Below are positions 43,780 to 58,493 of a stretch of 64,000 nt of DNA, in pieces (position 1 is the first letter of the stretch; each line of letters starts with the position of its first letter). A program made the position numbers and the translations under genes. The stretch comes from the human T2T-CHM13v2.0 reference genome, Homo sapiens. Location: NCBI RefSeq assembly GCF_009914755.1, contig NC_060932.1; one strand, written 5' to 3'. The notes below the pieces were generated by a model. The model had not been told where the DNA came from and made no database searches. It saw only the letters and a list, made by a program, of their open reading frames with translations.

Positions 43780-44130
43780 TATTTATTGAGTGTGTCTGCT
43801 CTGCAAGGGATAAGGCTAGGTACTAAGAAAACCACAGCAAGAAGGACAAACCAGGTCTTAATCTTCTCAGAGTTCTTGAAAGTAGAGTAAATTAAATAGG
43901 CTATAGTCTAGTAAATTACCACTGTGGTATGACAGAGATATATTTTAAATGCTATAGGATAACCAGAGAGGCAATGTATAATTCTGTCTGTGCTTTTCAG
44001 AGGAGAAGGAACTCTCAAGTGGAAGGATAACAAGCGGAAGAAAGAACGTAAGCAAAAGCAGGAAGGTGTGAAATGTCAGGGTGTGTGCTGGGAATGATGA
44101 GTAGTCTAGTGGAACTCTAGTTAGGGCACT
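43776..44130 (-). mobile_element. L2 3' end
   Basis: caaatatttattgagtg...gctaggtact...aaatgctatagga...ctgtctg. Confidence 0.6.
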
Positions 44131-44599
44131 TTCTCTCAAACATGAGTAATGAACAGAACACGTTAAAAGAAAAAAAGATCTTGCCAATCTACAGTATTCA
44201 TTCAAATTATTTTTGTTAACTTTACATATGTAATATTTGTTTTTACAACAGTTAAACTCCAAAATACATCTATTCATTAAAAATAAACAACCTCACAAAA
44301 ACAATTAAAATTTAATTATCAACATTAACTAAAGTCATATGTGAGTTTTTATTTTGGGGCATGATGAGCTTAAACTAAACAAGAAACTAGCTTTTTCACT
44401 AGTTTATTCACTGATCTGTGAATTGAATAGGCCAATCAATTTAAGTACATGTCAAAATATCACACCATAATAATGCTTAGCAGCTAGTGTTATTGAGTTA
44501 TTATATGTCAAGCTCTGTAACAACTGTTTTAATCCAGTATCTTATTATTCTTTAAAGACTTTTTCAAGTGGCTTCCCCTACTGTACTTATACTTTAATG

Positions 44600-45650
44600 G
44601 ATGTCCTCTTACCTCTCTGCCGCCGCCTTCTTGAGCATCGTTGTAGCTTTATCCTCTTCTAACTTTCTAATATTGGAATATTTAAGGGTTCCATTCTTAG
44701 TTCTATATACTCTGTCTTTTGGTGATCTCATTTAGTTTCATGAGTTTTATTTTTCTTTATATCCTAACAACCAAACTCATATATTAAACTAGCTCCTTGA
44801 TGTCAGCACCTGGGGGCCTAGCAAACATCTCATACTCAATATGCCCAGTTTTAAACTACTGATATGACTGGGAACGGTGGCTCACGCCTTTAATCCCAGC
44901 ACTTTGGGAGGCGGAGGCGAGTGGATCACTTGAGGTCAGGAGTTTGAGTCCAGCATGGCAAAACCCCATTTCTATTAAAAATGTGAAAATTAACCAGGCA
45001 TGGTGGTGCACGCCTGCAATCTCAAATACTCAGGAGGCTGAGACAGTAGCATCTCTTGAACCAAGGGAGGCAGAGGTTGCAGTGAACTGAGATCATGCCA
45101 CTATACTCCAGCCTAGACATCAGAACGAGACTGTCTCAAAACAAACAAAACAAAACAAAAACTACTAGTATCTCCAGACCTATTTATGTTTCAGTCTTCA
45201 CCATCTCTCAGTTGATGGCAATTCCATTTCAGTTATTCAGGACAAAACCTTGGAATTTTTCTTGATTTATTTTTTCTCTCATCCAAGATTCAAAATCTTT
45301 GGAAATTAATGAGTTTATATTCAAAATATATCCAGAATATGAAGCCTCTTCTCACGACACCCTCTGTTGCCATTCATATCCAAGCAGCCATTATTATCAT
45401 TACGTCTTGTCTACATTTTTACAATAGCATCTTCCTAATCAGTGTCCACATTCTACTGTTGTCCTCCCACAATTCATTGCAATGGATTCTCAAGAAAGTT
45501 GTCAGTGTCTTCATTCTATTATGTAAGTTATATCAGGATGTGACTCCTGTAATTTGAAAATCAAAAGCTTTTTTTTTTTTTTTTTTTGAGGAAGAGTTAG
45601 AATTTAGACAGTAGCCTACAAGGCTCCACATGGTATGATTCCCCAACTTT
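44600..45650 (+). mobile_element. L2 fragment split by the AluS
   Basis: ggtgatctcatttagtttcatg; aaacatctcatactcaatatgcc; ccatctctcagttgatggcaattccat...caaaaccttggaatt...cttgat. Confidence 0.7.
44866..45160 (+). mobile_element. AluS (Sx/Sz-like) inserted into an L2
   Basis: Full dimer with a (CAAAA)n tail. TSD-like aaactactgatat and aaactactagtat. Confidence 0.92.
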
Positions 45651-46364
45651 CTTTTTATAGAATACAGCAGCAGTGTACCTAGTGTGCATTTGACACATAC
45701 ATTGGATTATTGTTTAGAACTTCTCTCACCTATACAACAAGAATATAATTAATAATAATAATGAAATAAGTAATCAGAATAGCCAGGAAATAAACCAAAA
45801 CAATATAAAAATTATTCAACTTTTGTCATGATTATATATACATATATATAAGTAATTTTAAAAATATTCTTAGAAAAGCAAATAGTTAAAAATACTTAAA
45901 AGCTTAATATTTTAAAATTATATTTATACTTTTTTGAAAAAAAGGAAGCTTGTATCTGCATTTATTTGGTTATAATCATAAATAGTAACATTCTGTTTTC
46001 CAGCTTTAACCTCTGCATACTGTCAATGACTTTGTCTAGATTACTCTGCTTTGCATATTCATAATTAATAGAGGATTTAAACAGATATGTTGATCTGTCT
46101 ATGCTCATATTTGGTCAGAGGATACTTTTTATTGGTTTTAATTTTTTATAGTTTCTTTCATATCAAATAAGAGATACACAAAATTAGAAAAACATTTAAT
46201 ATGCAGCTAAATTTGAAAGAGATGTATAAAAATCCCACTTCACAATAAATTCCAGAAAATTCATAAAAAACAATAAGTGGTTACATTGAAAGTGAAATAA
46301 ATTTTGTTTTCTTTTTATAATTACAATATAATTTATGTTTATATAGAATTAACTGAGTTTTTAA

Positions 46365-46516
46365 ATGTATTTTGTTGTGGTTAAAAACACTTAACATAAG
46401 GTCTACCCTCTTAAAAAATTTGTAAGTGTACTCTACAGAATTGTTAATTATAGGAATAATGTTGTACAGTAGATCTCTAGAATCGATTCATCTTGTATCA
46501 TTGAGACTTTACGCCC
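46365..46516 (-). mobile_element. L1MA 3' end fragment
   Basis: aacacttaacataaggtctaccctcttaaaaaattt...atgttgtacagtagatctctagaa. Confidence 0.75.
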
Positions 46517-47104
46517 AAGGGGGAGTTGCTGACCTGATCTACTGTTTAAATTCAGGCATAGTTAGGACCACCACAGGCACTGGATTTATAAACTGTGCCA
46601 AGTGGGTTTAAAGAATCTCAGAACTTCATGAATTTACTCTTGATTGATTATATAATGAAGTTGTCTGAATTAGCATTCATATAGAATACAGTGCTTTATT
46701 TCATTTTAGTGATACATAATAAAACATGACAGTTTGAAACTAATAAGCAAAGTATTAAAATTCAAAAAATAACCAAATCAGTTTTTTAGAGCTTAGATCA
46801 ATAAATAATTTTTTCAGAAAAATAATTTTTCACTGACCTTGTTTTGAGTCGCCTGCACCCTGTTGGACTGTTCCTACTGTTCCACCTTTGGTAGGCCACT
46901 GAATTTTGAGATAAGAAATTCAAGATAAATGTTCCGTATTTAAAAGAATTTTTTAATACATTTGCAGAATTCAAGTTCTGCTTCACTGCACTTCTACTTT
47001 AGCTGAACCTTTGGCCTATAATAAATATATTCTGGAAATGGTGGTTGGTTAATAGAAAAAGTCCTTTAAAGTATTAGATTTGTTGCCAGTTTTTAAATAT
47101 ATGA

Positions 47105-47324
47105 TAGGGGTCAAGAAACCAAGAATCACAGAACAAATATGGCCTGCCACCAGTTTCTGTAAGTTTTATTGGAAAATGGCCATGCTCATTCTTTTACATA
47201 TTGTCTATGCAGCTTTCGAGCTGGAAAGAAGAATTGAGTAATTGAAACAAATATCAAAAAATGGACTGCAAAGCCTAGAATTTAAACTATCTGTCCTCTT
47301 ACAGAAAATACTTGCAAACCCCTT
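47105..47324 (+). mobile_element. MER58A (non-autonomous hAT-Charlie DNA transposon)
   Basis: About 220 bp with ends aggggt...aacccct. Internal aagttttattggaa...tacatattgtctatgcagctttc...caaagcct...actatctg...ttacagaaaa matches the remembered MER58A consensus. Confidence 0.85.
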
Positions 47325-49029
47325 CTTATTGTGTAGAAAGAATTTGGTGTTAAAGTTTACTTTATAATGAATTTATTTATTGAACTGTGTTAATGAGAAA
47401 CAGAAAAGCAAATAAAATTGATCTAGTTTGGCCAGATTGTATGCAGTGAATGATTTACTATCTGAGAAAAGTGTTACTGAGGCAACAGTGTTTTTAACAT
47501 GACTGTGAAGTCAACAGAGGAAAGATGTTTATATCCATGGTGTGAGATTATGAAACATTAACTTTGCATTTTCATTAATATTGGAACCAAAATAGCTTTT
47601 ATTGAGGAAGAATGATTGAAGTGTTAGCATCCATACAAGGTAGAGTAACAGGAAATAATTTATCATGAGATGATTTATAACTCCACTTTATAGAGACGAA
47701 TATTTTCATGGTACAAATATTTCATATCTGGAAATGATTGTAACAAATGTGATTTTCCCCTTTCAGCATAAGTTGTATGAGCAGCTTCACCAGTTCAGTG
47801 ATACAAATACGGTTGAATATTGCACTTGTCCAATTAATTGCATGAGTTATCCCCTATCTATTTTACCAAGAAGGTTAATATCAACTTTTTGAGGTCTCAA
47901 CATCCAGAATTGCTGTTTGTAGGCTTTCTTAGTCTAAAGAACACACAGATGGATAGTTAGAGAGCCCAGGAAGTACACAAAAGTTCCCATTTTCAAAATG
48001 TCTCTGCATCCTGTTGTTGCTCCATGTTCTGCTGTAAATTGCTCCTGAATTTTCAGTATTCTGTGGGTTCTGATGTGGACCTCTGAACCTTGCTCCCTTT
48101 CTTCCCAATAGGCTGCTTGAACTCTAAATTTATCTAGTTCCTCCTGTACAATCATTTCCATATACAAAGGAACAACTGTGTAGAGCAGATGTTAGTCAAA
48201 CCACTGAAGTTCAAGTTATCCCATTTCCCATTCATAGAATGGTGATTACTTGCATACATTTGTGTAAGTGAGAGGGCCACTGAGTTGGTGCCTAAAAAGA
48301 ACATTTTCAAAGTAATACTGGGCCCACCTTGCCAAAGTGGTGGGCAAGAGCTTCTTGTTTCCAAAATAATATTTAATATCTACCTCATAAGATATATTTT
48401 AAGTGGTATTACTAGGAATTATAATTTTATATTTACAAATAGCATGTGTGTTTTAGTTATAAGAGCTGCCAAAATATTTTAAAAGAACTACTTCTTTAAT
48501 TGAGAGGAAACAGTGAAATTAAGACAAATTATAATAAAGGAAGCCATGTAAAGATTGAATAAGCTTTATTTGCTTAATGATATAGTCACAGATATCCACG
48601 TGTATTCACTATTTTCACATATTGTGCCTCGCTATTATTTGTGTGCTCAAGGTCTCTATCTTCAAGTGTTATATACTGTAGAGTTTCCTATCAAATATGA
48701 GCATAAAGGAATGTTTCATCTCTATCTTTACAGTGTAATCTTAAAACTGCTAGCTACTATTGGCTTTTCTTTCTTTTTCCTTTTCTTCCCTTTGGCTTTT
48801 GTGTTATTGTTGAAATGATGTATCTATTCCTTTTAGCATGGCTTATACTAGGAGCTCTGAAACCCAGTTCAGAAACCTGTGAGTTAATTATTGATTTTAA
48901 CAAAAGTTAAAATCAATAAGCCAGACATAAAAAAGAAACTTCTAGATCTAAGACGAATGTTTAGTTAACTTTGAATACCGTATATGAAATTCTCAATATT
49001 TTCCTGCCAGATGTTCATGTCATAGAGTT

Positions 49030-49630
49030 AGCAAACAGTTATTGAAAACTTACTGTTGCAAAGTTCTTGGGATTCAAACCTAAGACACAAAAGACCTTCA
49101 GGCAATTTGCAGTCCAATTGCAGAAACTGGCAAGCTGAAAAGGAATTACTGTGTATTATATGTTTTATTATTGGATAGAAGTAACAGAGAGTGCTATGGG
49201 ATCACCTAGAAAGAGCAACTGAGGAAATTGTAGATAGCAATAAGAAGAGCCAATTGTCAGAACACAGTTGTCAGGCTGACTCTTGAAAGATGAGTAGTAA
49301 TCAGATAGACAATGCCATGCCATGAGAAAGCAATTAAAAGAAGTTGGAAATTCCATGTTAAGGACACAGAAAGACCCAAAGTGCATGGAAATAAACAAGT
49401 GTTGGCCATTTAGAGAGCACAAGTGGTTTGGAATAACTAGAATTCATATTTTTGTTTTAAAGTGTCAAGAAACAGGCCGAATTAGGGAGAAGGAACCAAA
49501 TCATGAAAGACCATATCCAGAAATAAAAGTTTTTCTAAAGATAAAGAATGAAGTTGAATTTTAATGACAGTAACACAATCAGATTTACTTTTGTAAGAAT
49601 TACATTCAGAGAATAGTGGAAGTCAGAGTG
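49030..49630 (-). mobile_element. L2 fragment
   Basis: ttattgaaaacttactg; gtgctatgggatcacctag; gctgactcttgaaagatgagtag; atcagatttacttttg. Confidence 0.6.
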
Positions 49631-49638
49631 CTTGCGTG

Positions 49639-49640
<2 letters not shown>

Positions 49641-49685
<45 letters not shown>
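49641..49685. repeat. (TG)22 microsatellite
   Basis: Perfect dinucleotide run read directly from the sequence. Confidence 0.98.
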
Positions 49686-49686
<1 letters not shown>

Positions 49687-50993
49687 GAGTGGGGAGGGAA
49701 TAATTTTCATACTCCAATAAGAAATGTTGAAGACTTGAGCTTTGGCAAAATTTATTAATTTATGAGGATTTTGAGCCTTTCATCTCACCCTGCCCATTAA
49801 AAAATTTTCTAAATTTGCCTTTATACCATCTCTTCTGCTTACTGGGGCGATTTCAGAGCTGCCACCTGGCTGGAAACTTACTCACATAAAGCAAGCAAAT
49901 CCCTCAAGGGGCCATAGCAAAGGAGATAATCTGCTCATGGGTCAATGGGAGGTGAAATAAAAAAGAATATGCAGAAGAAAAGATTGAAGGTTGTTGCCTG
50001 GAATGATTCCTGAAGCCAAGCATCTTCGGTTGTTATTTTAATACTTCCTTTGGACACTGAAGGTTGGAACTGTTAAAAACTGTTAAATAAGAACATAGAG
50101 TCAATGAGAATAGACAAAACTGTTAATTCATTTGTCTGTGGAAGGAAAGAAGGAAGGCAGGGGCTAGAGGAGTGTTTGGAAAAGGTGAATCAATATTTAT
50201 TAAAGGAAGGAAGTGGGCATTTCCAAGAATATATTTTAGGATAAAAAAGATGTGGGTATTTTTTTATAAATATATATATTTTTATTATTATTATTATACT
50301 TTTAAGTTTTTGATTGAGGGTGAATCAGAGAGGGACAATTTTAAGTTCTAGGATGGTAACTGACTGTGGAAGATTTCTGTGGGGAAAGCAAGGACATCTA
50401 GACTATTGGTAGAAGAATCCTGGAGGGATCATTCAATGTGATTTAAATTTATATTCAAATATACTTTTAATAGCAATTCATATTTTTAGAAACCGCTCAT
50501 GTTGGAGGAAGGATTCCATTTATTTTTGTGGTATTTTTTAAGCAGAGTTGAAGACCCCTGTGAAGAAAGTATGAGGAAGCATTTATGATCAAAACGGGGA
50601 AGAACGTTTTTTGCCCAAAGTGACAATAGCTGTATTGTTTCCTCTGTCTATATAAGTAATATATGCTAATTATTAAAAATGAAAAAATGACATAGAAAAT
50701 ACAAATACTTTTGAAATTTCAATGCAAAAATCTTTTTGTTGACTATCTTTAATACTACTTGCTCACTCTCTGTCTCTCTCTATCCCCTACACATACAGCT
50801 TAGGTAAGTGGCATCTCATCATATGTGGTGTTTTCACCAGAAATAATTTTATAAAAACAGCATTCAAAATATGGCTTATTTTATTTTTCCCCTTTTTCTT
50901 ACTCTCTCTAATCTTACCTGTTTTTGAAACAGATAACCAGAATTAATTACAAAGAGAAATGTATTTAAATTCAATGCCTGAGGTGGGGTATAT

Positions 50994-51143
50994 TCTCTAG
51001 GTAGTCAATGTTTGTTTATTTCCATGAACTTTGGGTCTTTCTATGTCCTTAACATGGAATTTCCAACTCCTTTTAATTCCTTTTTCATGCCATGTAATTG
51101 CCTAGCTGATTCCCACTAATGTTTCAAGAGTCAGCCTGATAAC
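50994..51143. repeat. Inverted copy of 49267-49416
   Basis: 150-bp ungapped alignment with about 22 mismatches by hand count. Confidence 0.95.
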
Positions 51144-52474
51144 ATTCTCAAAAGTGATTTTGAGCTGATTTTCTCAGAATTTCCCCTTGCTTTAACGAAA
51201 ACAAAAGAAGGAAGCTCAGGAAAAAATAAACAAACAAACAAAACAACTTTTTGCTATCTAAGAATTTTCCTTTAAAATGAATTTGGATTTCTTGGATGTC
51301 TTATAAGATAAATAGTTTCCTACTATCAGAATTAGTCTTAGATATATTTGATGATAATCTCTCGTACATTCCATAGACTCAATTTCTAAATTGAGAAGGA
51401 AGTTGTCCTAGAGCACTTGTAGGTTTCTTTCCAATTTTATGTTTTTATTGGAGCTTTATATCCAACCCTATATCCTTAGAATCTTCATTATTTGTAAAAT
51501 TATGAAATACAGCAAGTGATGGGCAATTTGTGTTATCCCAGTTTTAAAAGAAAAAAAATTCATATAAATAAAGCATTTTTTAGAAGTCATAAAACAGTTC
51601 TATTATGGAAGCAGAATATAACTTAAAACTATAAAAACTATAAACTTTTTTCAGTCTTCTAATGTTTCCACTTGCAAAATAATTGAGAGAATGCAAAATT
51701 TGAATATAGTGTATAATACAGTTTTTCTCAGTCTTTTCCACTTTACTTTTTAAATCGCAAAAGTAATACCTGTCATGGTTAATTTTAAAAAGTATACAAC
51801 TAAAAGTAACTTTCCATCCCCAAACCAGAACACCAATCCCTACATTTAGAAGAAACCACTCTTAAGAAACCTAATTTATGCATATAATTCAATTGTGTAA
51901 CTATAGCAAAGCTTTTAAAAGAGATTTGATTACAAAACATTTTTTGCAAAATTTACTGTATCATATCCATGTTCCAAAAGCAAACTAAAAAGATCTCAAT
52001 AAATCTTCCCTGTTTACTGAATTACATTGAAACTCCTTTGCTTAGCCTTCAAAGTCTGCAGTCTGACCTTACTTTATCTTTTTAGTGGATCTCCTGCTGC
52101 TTTTTTATATGTGTGTAGTGCACTCATCAAACTGAATATTTTATGAAACTGCTCATGCTTTTTTAATCTGTTAAAATCCCTTCTTTTTCACTAACCTTTC
52201 AAATGCAACTATCTCCATAAAATGTACTGGATACCAGAAAAAGATTGTGTTTTCCCCTCTTGTGATTAACCATAATACAAATGGGTACACATTATGCATA
52301 TAAATGAATAAATATATCTTTCAAAAGGTATTACATAATGTAGTTTCTTGCATTATATTTGTCATTATGGTTGTATTTGTCCTTTAATAAATTTTACATT
52401 TTCAGAAGAGTCCCATTATTTTACATTTTGCACACCAGAGCACCTACTTAGAGTAGACACAATATATATCCATC

Positions 52475-54738
52475 TTTTTTTAAAAACTCTAAGTTCTGGG
52501 ATACATGTGCAGAATGTGCAGGTTTGTTACATACGTATACGTGTACCATGGTGGTTTGCTGCACCTGTCAACCCATCACCTAGGTTTTAAGCCCCGCATG
52601 CATTAACTATTTGTCCTGATGCTCTCCCTTCCCTCCCCTGCCCTGCTGACAGGTCTGGTATGTGTTGTTCCCCTCCCTGTGTCCATGTGTTCTCATTGTT
52701 TAACTCCCATTTATGAGTGAGAAAATGTGGTGTTTGGTTTTCTGTACCTGTGTTAGTTTGCTGAGGATGATGGCTTCCAGCTTAATCAATGTCCCTGCAA
52801 AGGACATGATCTCATTCTTTTTATGGCTGCATAGTATTCAGTGGCATATATGTATCACATTTTATTTATCCAGTCTATTATTGATGGTCATTTGGGTTGG
52901 TTCCATGTCTTTGCTATTGCGAATAGTGCTGCAATAAACATATGTGTGCGTGTATTTTTATAATAGAATGATTTATATTCTTTTGGGTATATACCAAGTA
53001 ATGGGAATGCTGGGTCAAATGGTATTTCTGGTTCTAAATCCTTCAGGAATTGCCACACTGTCTTCCACAATGGTTGAACTGATTTACATTCCCACCAACA
53101 GTAAAAGCTTTCCTATTTCTCCACAGCCTCACCAGCATCAGTTGTTTCTTGACTTTTTAATAATCACCATCCTGACTGGTGTGAGATGGTATCTCGTTGT
53201 GGTTTTGATTTGCATTTCCCTAATGATAAGTGCTGTTGAGTACTTCATATGTTTTTCATATGTTTGACCACATAAATGTCTTCTTTTGAGAAGTGTCTGT
53301 TCATGCCCTTTGCCCACTTTTTTTTTCTTGTAAATTTGTTTAAGTTCCTTGTAAATTCTGTATATTAGATCTTTGTCAGATGGGTAGATTGCAAAAATTG
53401 TCTCCTATTCTGTAGGTCACCTGTTCACTCTGATGATACTTTCTTTTGCTATGCAGAAGCTCTTTAGTTTAATTAGATCCCATTTGTCTATTTTAGCTTT
53501 TGTTGCCATTGATTTTGGTGATTTTGTCATAAAATCTTTGCCCATGCCTATGTCCTGAATGCTATTGCCTAGGTTTTCTTCTAGGGTTTTTATGGTTTTG
53601 GGTTTTACCTTTAAGTCTTTAATCCATCTTGAGTTAATTTTTGTATAAAGTGTAAGGAATGGGTCCAGTTTCAGTTTTCTGCATATGGCTAGCCAGTTTT
53701 CCCAGCACCATTTATTAAATAGGGAATCCTTTCCCCATTGCTTGTTTTTATCAGGTTTGTTGAAGATCAGATGGTTGTACATCTGTGGTCTTATTTCTGA
53801 GGTCTCTATTCTGTTCCATTGGTCTATATGTCTGTTTTTGTACCAGCACTATGCTGTTTTGGTTACTGATGCCTTGTAGTATAGTTTGAAGTCTGGTAAC
53901 ATGATGCCTCCAGATTTGTTCTTTTTGCTTAGAATTGTCTTTGCTATGTGGGCTTTTTGGGTTCCATATGAATTTTAAAGTAGTTTTTTTCTAATTCTGT
54001 GAAGAATGTTCATGGTAGTTTGATGGGAATGTTATTGAATCTGTAAATTACTTTGGGCAGTATGGCCATTTTCATGATATTGATTCTTCCTGTCCATGAG
54101 GATGGAATGGTTTTCCATTTGTTTGTGTCCTCTTATTTCCCTGAGCAGTGGCTTGTAGTTCTTGAAGAGCTCCTTCATGTCCCTTGTAGCTGTATTCCTA
54201 GATATTTTATTCTCTTTGTAGCAATCATGAATAGTAATTCATTCATGATTTGGCTCTCTGTTTGTCTACTATTGGTGTATAGGAGTGCTTGTAACTTTTG
54301 CACATTGATTTTGTATTCTGAGATTTTGCTGAAGTTGCTTATCAGCTTAAGGAGTTTTGGGGCTAAGATGATGGAGTTTTCTAAATATAGGATCGTGTGG
54401 TCTGCAGACAGAGACAATTTGACTTCCTCTCTCCCTATTTGAATACACTTTATTTCTTTCTCTTGACTGATTGCCCTGGCCAGAACTTTCAATACTATGT
54501 TGAATAGGAGTGGCGAGAGAGGGCATCCTTGTCTTGTACCGGTTTTCAAAGGGAATGCTTTCAGCTTTTGCCCATTCAGTATGATATTGGCTTGGATTTG
54601 TCACAAATTGATTTTATAATTTTGAGATATGTTCCATCCATGCCTAGTTTCTTGAGAGTTTTTAATGTGAAGGGATGTTGAATTTTATCGAAGCTCTTTT
54701 CTGCATCTATTGAGATAATCATGTGGTTTTTGTCATTG
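52475..54738 (-). mobile_element. 5'-truncated L1PA (about L1PA8-PA10-like), 3' part of ORF2 plus 3'UTR
   Basis: ORF pieces 53417..53782 and 54175..54549 match ORF2p, with the FADD motif degraded to SADH. The 3'UTR contains aagttctgggatacatgtgcag and aggttttaagccccgcatgcatt. No TSD was seen. Confidence 0.92.
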
Positions 54739-57165
54739 ATTGATATACAGAAGAAACACTAAGACCTCCATTTCAGCATCATCTTTGAAGAATAAATTTC
54801 TTTTGAAAAATAATCACCTGGAAATTAGCATATGGTGCATAGTTTCATGTCTTTGTTAGATGACACTAGAGTAATACACAGGTTCTACCTCTTTTCGGGA
54901 TAACTAAAACAGTGTCAGAGGGCGTAAAATACTTTGAGACATCAACTTGAAAAATGTCATTTTCATTTTGTGATGATTTATTAAAAGCCCAATTGATTTA
55001 AAATTTTTTATTTTCTGTTTTAATAGTATTTCTCAATTTATATTTTAAAAATATCTAACAAAAATGGATATTTAAAGAAATACACCTTGAAATTAAAAAA
55101 TGTGCAGATTTCATAATTTTTCACATTTTCCTGGCATACGGAAGCTTTTAGAAACAGGGAACTAATTCATTCATACAAGGTATGTGATATTTGAAAATAA
55201 TTTTAACTATCTCATTGACCTTTCATTTTTGTTTACCTTTACTCTGAAAACTTTGGGTACTCACCTTTCTTTTTTGTCTTACATTTTTACAGTCTTAAGC
55301 AGTTTAATATTTTCTTTTCTGCTTATTTGTAACCTTTGACGCTTTTTCAGCATTACAGCCAGAAGCAAATGCATAAAGTGTCTCTTCAGATGTAACAAGG
55401 ATAGCAAAACCACTGGGCTACCGGTTACAAGTTGTTATTAGTATTTTGTAATGGAAAGATAGTAGACTTTGAATATAGCCAAATAGACCACTTAACTACT
55501 CACTGGCCATATTTTTTTAATAAGTTGTACTTCTCTGAATTTTGTCTTTTATTTGTAAAATATTTTATGTCATTTTGTGATATTTAAGATAATAAGTGAA
55601 AGCACTATGCATTATACAGGTAGATATTTATTTATTGAATACTGTTTGCCTGTTCTACTAGAAAAATTGATCTTTGTTCATGGTATCCTAGAGGTTTTTA
55701 GTTAATGAGACTATTAATAGCAGCAAAAAAAGAACTCCACAACTCTACTAAATGCTTATTCAGTTTATTGTTTTTCTTTTAGGTTTAGTCATGGTGTTAG
55801 TGTATATTGGTCCATTTGGACCCCAGTCTCATCTACATGTGAATAAGCAAGGTAGTTAAATAACAAATAAATATGAAATATCAACAATAGTTGTGGTCTC
55901 AAGTTTGCAAACATGTTGGTACCATCACTGGGTGTTTAGTTTCAGATAGGATGGCAGCATTAGAATGCTGCAGATTCTGTCTGAAGGAAGATTTACACAA
56001 CTGACAGGATATTCCCCCTTGTAATGCTGGTTTGGTACCCCTATAATGTGATCATCTCACAACCATGACATTATTGGCATAGTTCTCTAACCAAGCAAAT
56101 GAAGCTGCTATATATACACTTAAATCATTTGGAAACATGACTGTCATTTACAGACTGAATCCCCTTAGTAGTGCAAACATAAGTTTACCTATATGCACAA
56201 CATACATTATTATTCTTATGTGTATCTATGAATATATTTCTAAAATATATCTGTATCTATCATCTATCTATCATCAACTATCTATCTATTACATATAAGT
56301 TATGTAATCCAACCCTCACACTTTCCAAAAACACTTCAAACCACAGTCAGTGATACACTAAATAATGTAATTGCAGTTTTGTCTTCAACCTTATCCCATT
56401 TTTAAGCATTTATTATAATCAATATGTGTTAGGATAATTTTGGAATGTTTTCCATGGCATTATGACCCAGAAATGCAAGAAAACAGAAATATCTCCCTCT
56501 TGTTTGATTGGAATTTCTAAAGAAGCTAAACATATGAAGAATAACCTGTAAGAGCCCAAGTATGTTTTTTATTAGTAACTGCTTGAGTACTCAATATTCT
56601 AATGCAAAACTCTAAAACCATGAGTCCTGGAACCACTTAGGCTTATGGTCTAAGATGAGGCCGCTTACCATCCATGAAAACCTCCATCCATATCTTAGAA
56701 TTTTCCTACCTTGTTTTAGAAAGTACAGAACTGATAGGCACTACAGAATCATACAGAAACATGTCTCTGATGGCTACTCTCAAGCATGTAGAGGGAGGCA
56801 AAACCAGAGAGAGGAAATCTGCAAGGTCTTTTATGAGGGTGAAATCAATTTATTCACTCAGGTCCATAAAACTGGAGCAAAGTGTGACTTGTACCTTTCA
56901 CAATATGGTGACTATACCTTCTAGTAACTATGAGTAACTATGGTTTATTTGATGAACCAAAATTAGCTAATTGGTTCACAAATTTAACTACTCCTTCACA
57001 ATATACACGTGCTTGTGGAATGCAAAGAATACAGCTTGGGTAGAGAAATTAACTTTCCACTTTTCATAATATGCCAAATTTCTAAGATTTATAAGTGAGG
57101 ATAGTATTATATAAGTTATTAACAATATGTTTTTTTCATACACACAATTTCAGAAATGGAAATGA

Positions 57166-57506
<341 letters not shown>

Positions 57507-57519
57507 TAAGGTTGCTTTT

Positions 57520-57668
57520 TAAGTTTTTTTTTTTTGTTTTCAACTTTATTTTAGAATTGAGGGTACACATGCAGCTTTGTTACAGAGGTATATTGTGTGA
57601 TGCTGAGGTTGGGGTTTGATTGAACCCATCACTAAGGTTGTGAATATAATACCTAATAGGTAGTTTTT
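57520..57668 (-). mobile_element. Old L1PA/L1PB 3' tip
   Basis: caactttattttaga...gggtacacatgcag...ggtatattgtgtgatgctgaggtt...tacctaataggtagtttt. Confidence 0.8.
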
Positions 57669-58493
57669 TAAATTCGATTCCTTTTTGCTGGAAGCCAACA
57701 TAACTCCATTCTAACCAAGAGCCACATGCTTACCATGTATCAACCAGTAGCTACAATAATACACAGATGTATAAATTTGAAATTTATAAAAGAGTTTTGC
57801 GGTCCAAATGAATATGCTCTCTTCAGCTTGCGAGTTGTAGACTATCATTATCCTAGGATATTGTTCCCATCATATGATTAGCTCTTCAAAATTCTAACCA
57901 CTTTATTGAGCAATATCAAGTCCTTTTTATATTCAATGCCATTTCCTATTATTAAATTGAATAATAACCATTATTCATAATTCCATTAATTACTTACTTT
58001 GACTAAAAAGCCTCATCGAAGCTACTAATGGATCTCCTTTCAAGGCTTGTTAACATGGCACCTCAAATAAAATACTCAATGCCTGATAGCTAGATGCACT
58101 TCTAACCTTTCTAGTATTGAATATACCTCATCAATAGTATTTTTAACTGCTGCTGAGGAAAGTAGGAGATGCTTGAATTGCTGTATATTTAGTTTAATCA
58201 TCAAAGTTTCCATAAAGCTGTATACATTCTATCTTATTCACATCCACATGAAACTGCCCTTTCCTAATACACTCTTTTAAGAGAAATAAAGTAATGATAA
58301 CACACTTTTCAACAGATGACTCTTATATATTATCAAAGATGTAAAAGAAAATCATAAACACAATGCTATGAAAGTCATATGATTAAATTTCCTGAGGAGT
58401 TAGAAAAAATTTTAATAACTTTAAAAGAACTAGAATTAAAAAAAATCCAGCATAATAATATTCATAGTTTTTCTAACCTAGTTACAATTAGTT

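Noticed and set aside
48169-48270. Possible exon ending at a gtaagt donor with one open frame
   Set aside because: The acceptor is weak and I do not recognise the peptide, so it cannot be separated from chance.
55255-55270. Strong minus-strand donor AAG|GTGAGT
   Set aside because: It is an isolated motif with no supportable upstream exon or coding frame.
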